In this document: one piece after another, positions 33,110 through 38,544 of the stretch
Position numbering within the stretch: the first letter of the stretch is position 1
Layout of the letters: each line of letters begins with the position of its first letter
DNA from: Perkinsus chesapeaki ATCC PRA-425
Taxonomy: Eukaryota > Protista > Perkinsozoa
NCBI GenBank assembly: GCA_013115145.1
Contig: JAAPAO010000331.1
Span: 1 to 38,544 of the forward strand
Length of the DNA: 38,544 nucleotides
Direction: 5' to 3'
The notes under the pieces: model-generated
Database searches by the model: none
Seen by the model: only the letters and a program-made list of their open reading frames with translations
What the model was told of the DNA's origin: nothing
Position numbers and translations under genes: made by a program

Positions 33110-36100
33110 AACTGATGTTGTCGGTTGCTGTTGAGCTGCTTCTCGACGGGCTTTGTACTAAACAAGCAGACAGGTCGCAGGTTCGAATCCCACCGACTCC
33201 ATTTTACCTTCGGTTGTCGACGAGGCATCGCCGGGATGCCCTCTTCGCTCGGCATCGCCACCGAATTATCGACGAACGGCGAAGTCTGTAACATTGTCGC
33301 GGCGAGCGAGGAGGCTGAAAAAATGGGTAAAATTAATTTACTTCTTGTAATTTGCAGAGACGTTTAAGCTGAGTATCTTATAACCAATGAGGAGGTTGCA
33401 ACCACTGAAGAGTCCTCACTTCTGGAAGACACCGACCTATGCCATCACACCAACTCACCCATACTCCGTTCCTGACCCCTGACAACTGATGACGGCTCCA
33501 CTGCGGTGCTCGATACCGCCTCACTTGCCGCTGGTTGTTCCAGACGACCCTGGAAAATTGCTACTTTTTATTGATTTCAGCATTTCCCTTTACCTTCGTT
33601 GCAGAGCTATTCGGTTGCCTCAACGCCGCACTGGCGTTGATAACCCCCCGAATCTTCTTACTTGCCGAAGACGCACCTGTCATCGTTCGTTGAGCTCGCG
33701 CTGGTCGCCTGAAAATATTATATTTTACCAAAAGAACACTGCGTTTTCTAATTTGCCAGTGAAAAAATTCCAGAATCGGAAAGACCAAAATAGGTACATT
33801 TTCTTGCTCCCCGAAGTATACAGAATCGACTGGTCTGTTCGATTGAGCAGTTAAAAACTGAGTGTATATCATACGGTATGTGCAATACGTAAATTAAGTA
33901 GTTAACCTTCTTTCACTGTAACGGATTTCGGACAACTCATCTTCCCCAAATGCTACCCGCGAAGAGGATATCTTAAAATTTTCCTACAGAAAATAAATAA
34001 ATTTCCGAACTATACAAACTGAAAAATTTTCTATTCAAAAATTCTATCTATCATTCCTATATCTCTTTGGTGAAGGATCTCTTCGTCTTTCTGGAAAGCT
34101 CATCCGAGAAAACCAGACTTGATAATCTTCGACCCGAACCCGTCATCTCCCCAATTATGCGCCTATTTTAATACGATTTACTCAACAGTGTTTCGATACT
34201 TTTCGTACGATATTGTCATTAAAGTGATCTTCTCTTTTCAAATGTATCATTACTTTCTATACATTTCCCCATTCTGCATTTTAACAATCGTTTATCAGTA
34301 TCATATTTTTTAATCTTGCTTTCTATGTTTTCTTCCAATAATTGAATAATAAAGAAAATAATAAGAAATATGGAGAGAGAATTGAAATTTAATTCTCTCC
34401 ATATTTCTTACTTATTATTATTTTGAAGTGAAAAAACGTTTTCTAAGAAATTTTCCCGAAATTCAGAAATTCCGTTTTAATACTAAATTCTATCATTCGT
34501 TCATTGATGCGATATTTCATATGACGTCATTTTTATTTTCAGCATTTTCCCACAGCGCCATCCGAAGTTGGTTCGAGTACTTATCACACAAATGGTCGTT
34601 TGCCAGTTTAACATCATTGCAGAAGTCAACGGAAAATTATTTATTATCAATTCGCTCAGATTCATCATCATTAATTAGCTATCAATTCATTTCCGCAATT
34701 CCGTTATAAAAGCCGAAAAGTGCCACCACCCGACTTACGGCTCGAAAAATTTATACCAAAGAAATAGAACCAGCGCAGTGATGACGAAAATTCCGCAAAG
34801 AAGGAGAAGTGGGATGCGACGACTGTTCGACTCGACCGGCGGCGTCGTCGTCGGAGCCACCGTTGTCGGAGCCAAGGTGATCGGTGGAACAGTGGGACTG
34901 AAAAAAGAGAATGATACTGAAGTACTAACTAAGTCGAACTCTGACTATTTCATATCAATATGGTGGGACTCCCACCGTGGGAGTCATTTTGTAAGTATAA
35001 ATTTGATATAAACTGTTATTGAATATTTATTCTCCCTACTGGATCGTCGGTTTATCTATCTGTTGATTATTATTAGTATCGAGGCATGCTATATTATTAA
35101 CACATCAGTCCTTCCAAGCGTGCAAAGGGATTGTAAAATATGTTCGTCCGCGAACAGCTATCTACTGTGTTCAATGTGACAGTGAGCTGGAACGACAGGA
35201 AACGAACAGCTCGGTAAAATGATCTGGAATATCAACTTGATAATATTAATCATCTGACGAGCCGATTCTTCCGATCAGACGTTCTCAATAGACCGTGAAT
35301 CCCTTACGCCAGTGTAGCTGCCATGGTTGTGATGACCGCAGCAGCTGTTGTTGGTTGTGATGGTGCGATTGTTGTCGAAGATGGTTGCTGGGGAGACGAA
35401 GTAACTAAGTCATAACAAGTAGTGTGCCTCCTCGAAGCTTAGCAGTTTGACAACTACAGTGCGATGGAGAGCTCTAGGAAAATTATCAGTAACAGGTAAC
35501 CACAGCAGTAAGCTCGAACTTTAATTATATATATTATTTACTATCTTTTTTTCTCGAGTGGCAGCACCCCTCCTCTCACCAGGCAGCAGACAGTATAGGA
35601 GTATTGCTGCGTGCTCACTCACTCGTGGAAGGCTAAGCAGCAGCAGCCCTATGAAGTGTAGAGGCCCCATGAGGGTTAGTTTATATATATATAGTTTATA
35701 TGTATATATAGTTTATATGTATATATAGTTTATATGTATATATAGTTTATATAGTTTTATATATAGTTTATTATAGATTTATTAACTTATTCTAGCCATT
35801 CATGAACATCGAGGAACAGTATGACATAATTATCGAATAGAGGGCAAGTAAGTGAATTATTAATGTGCTTTAAGATATATCAAGTCTAGCAACCAGAGTG
35901 GACCTCTTCGAGATACACTTTGTGTGTTCCGTACTGAAATGTAGACTTTGATATACACATCACTTAGCAAACTGTCCTGTCGCATATTATATGCACTATA
36001 TCGCTTCGTCTGTTAGATTGATTAGTTCATCAACCCCGTCTTGGGGATATCGACCATCGACAATCTTCACAGCACATGAAAGCGATTATCATTCTTACCA

Positions 36101-36660
36101 CCTGCGGCTTGAGCTGTTGTCGATGCCACTGTTGTTGGTTGAGATGGAGCGAGTGTTGCTACTGCTGCGGGGGAGGCGGTGGTGGGAGCGGAATCTAACC
36201 GTGAGGTAATGGTTGCATGAATCGTATTATTTAGTGCGATTGTGTTATGGTTAAGAAACTGTCCCCACAAAAATCAAGCGCTTTCTCTCTGGACCGAACA
36301 CCTGATGCTCCTCTATGTGTTTCGGCAGAATCTGCCCGCTTGCTGCCACCGTCCGAGATGAGGCGAATTGAACACGACAGCACCGACAATAACTTACTGA
36401 GAATAACTTTGCCAAGATGAGACTTCCCAATGGTAATCCCCGCTGTTAGGCGGAAAAATAAAAGGAGAAATGCCGGCCCAATGAGCCGCAGACGAAATAA
36501 GTCGATGGAAGAATGTAGTAACATTAGATGAGTTGGTTAAGATGTTGGCTAAGACATCCAAAGGTCGCGAGTTCGAATCCCAATTAACGCAAAGCGATTT
36601 TATCAACAACTGTTTCGCATGTAGCATCATCTGTGATGTCATTTATTCGAGTCGGCCAGA
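33110..36660 (-). CDS. Multi-exon mucin-like single-pass membrane protein (boundaries approximate; may be more than one gene)
   Basis: Thr/Ala/Pro/Ser-rich exons (APTTASPAAVATLAPSQPTTVASTT ~36.1-36.2 kb; SSTTIAPSQPTTAAAVITT ~35.35 kb; PTVPPITLAPTTVAPTTTPP ~34.85 kb), then TM helix IPLLLLCGIFVITALVLFLWYK and Ser-rich cytoplasmic exons with GT-AG boundaries. Confidence 0.5.
33172..33201 (+). pseudogene. tRNA 3'-half relic
   Basis: AGGTCGCAGGTTCGAATCCCACCGACTCCA followed by TTTT; B box intact, T-stem mismatched, no 5' half. Confidence 0.55.
35678..35790. repeat. AT-rich 17-bp minisatellite
   Basis: (AGTTTATATGTATATAT)n, three exact units plus degenerate units. Confidence 0.9.
36518..36591 (+). 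pseudogene. Degenerate tRNA (Ile-AAT-like)
   Basis: TTAGATGAGTTGGTTAAGATGTTGGCTAAGACATCCAAAGGTCGCGAGTTCGAATCCC aligns with eukaryotic tRNA-Ile(AAT) (TTAGCTCAGTTGGTTAGAGC...CTAATAA...AAGGTCGCGGGTTCGATCCC); acceptor stem lost. Confidence 0.55.
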
Positions 36661-37074
36661 CTTATATCCGACAACTTAACTTCCTGGCGACGCTTCTTCC
36701 GACGCGCCTGATGAGAGGAAAACAATTCTAAGTCTTCAATTTTGAAATCGATACCGTCCCACAACTATTAAGTGCTCAGACGGAGAATGCCTCTTGAAGA
36801 AATGACGAATCGAAACCAGATATTTTCACTCATGACTGTTACGATGAAAAATGCTACCATGGATGACGACCGTCGGTGCGACTGAAGAGTTCTTATCAAA
36901 CCATCAAACTGAGTTACTAGTAATGTGAGATATCTAATAAGAAGATCCTGCTGATTTTTTGGTGCTCGAAGTAAAGAACCAATCGGAAGTTGGATATGAG
37001 CACGAAACGTAAAAAATAGAACCGAAAAGACGAAAAAATTGGGAAAACGGAAAAAAAACTTTTTAATGAGGCAC

Positions 37075-37805
37075 TCACCCGGCGACTCGTTCCCGGTTCC
37101 GGCCTCTCTCGACCAACTTCCTGGACGTCCTCGGGGGCTTCCTCAACAACCTCTGGGGCATCTTCGATCACCTCAACTTCATCCTCACTGAGATAGGAGA
37201 TACCATATTTTTAAGCATTTATAAATATTTCAATACTTCCTTCAAATTTCTACACACAAATAATTGATAGAAAATAACAAACAACATAATTGACAAATAA
37301 TTCTTTCCTAATAAAATTAATGATTTCCTAAAATCTGATTCAAGCCGAATGGTAGTCCGCCCAGCCGCGGCTCATTTGATGCTCCCTTCTCTATTTTTCG
37401 TTACCACAAGTTTGTAAGGCTACCATTTTATAACACCTAACAAGCCCTTTCGATTGGTATGCATTGCATCATCATCAACGTCGATGGCTGTGAAAGGGGT
37501 TACGAGGGCAAGGCAATTATTTCTCATACACCCTGTATTAGGAGCACGTTTCTGTAAGGCTAGCTGACTGGAAACTAAACTGAGTTATTGCATGATCAAT
37601 ATTTTGCGGTTTCCGCCTACCTTTCATCATCATTGGCATCATCCACAGCTGCCGCCTGGTTGTCCACCAACGGTGCCTCCTCTTCATTGCCAACATTCTC
37701 CTTCTTTCCACCAACCATAGACTTCAACATAATCCCAATCGCCAAAACGATAAGGGATGTGCCAGCAGTTATATAAATGATATGGATAGCTAAGCCAAAA
37801 TTCAT
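37075..37805 (-). CDS. Small N-terminally anchored acidic membrane protein, multi-exon (3' end uncertain)
   Basis: MNFGLAIHIIYITAGTSLIVLAIGIMLK (TM), then acidic exons EEEAPLVDNQAAAVDDANDDE and EDEVEVIEDAPEVVEEAPEDVQE ending at a GTGAGT donor. Confidence 0.45.
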
Positions 37806-38544
37806 ATGCTAGTGTCGACCGTTTTATGCGACAGACTGTCACATATTAATCGTAGTAATAATAATGCCCCTGGTGCATCACTGTCCCGTCGCACAATTGT
37901 CAAATGCCTACTCAATAATTCTCCTATTCCCGTTGGTCATCTTCCACTTTAATTAGTGGAGGTTACCACACAGTTGGCTGTTCTAAATATTACAAAATTA
38001 ATAGTAGGCGATTGTCTATCGAAATACCAATGTGAACTAATTTATTCTTCGGATGCGTTAATAACATTCAAACGAATCTATCACATTAATGACGTATCTC
38101 ACCTTTGTTGAGTTTTGGATGTGCGTCACTGCGCCCCGAAATTCTACGGAGTCGCCGGCGCTTACCTGACACCGAGGTTGAGCGTGCTCGATTCGCCGAA
38201 AAAGATACTCATTCACACAAAAGACAGATAGGAAAAGATCTTACAAGGGGAAATTCAAAACTGAATTAATTATTTTTATTATTATCGAAGTTAACCAGCA
38301 GCATCAGTTATTAATTAGTAATAGTATTCAATTAATAGTGTAAGTAATATAATAGTGAATTCTTGATGCAAGGGGATAGTAATGACCAAGAGTTAGCTTA
38401 TCTCGTATCCATCGAGAGTTACTAACTCGACAAGTCGGCGGATTGGCCAGATAATCAAAAGGGGGCCACTAACTGATTGGGGCCATTTGCGCCCGTATAG
38501 CTAATATAGCTAATCTATTTCTGCGGCGTCACGACGATCGCGCG

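Overview
Eukaryotic genomic DNA with many short GT-AG introns. My impression is an alveolate protist (Perkinsus-like), but the sequence alone cannot establish this. Recognisable genes: a NEDD1-like WD40 protein (+, ~6.1-7.7 kb), a multi-KH RNA-binding protein (+, ~9.4/10.9-13.5 kb), a multi-exon GH20 beta-hexosaminidase (-, 28030 to ~22228, with one in-frame TAG), and several poorly resolved membrane or mucin-like genes (-, 29-37.8 kb). There are three intact convergent tRNA-Met(CAT)/tRNA-Leu(CAA) cassettes, a destroyed fourth copy, a tRNA-Leu(AAG) and two tRNA relics. The most striking signal is not a gene. The non-coding DNA contains at least 19 perfect and 7 one-mismatch copies of a rigid 22-nt structure, N1..N7 + revcomp(N1..N8) + N2..N8, each built from a different 8-mer. 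This is the geometry expected of hAT-type transposon excision footprints (8-bp target duplication, hairpinned flanks rejoined by annealing). A duplicated segment inside the window shows the plain 8-bp site in one copy and the 22-nt scar in the other. All motif finding and counting was done by eye, so counts are minima.
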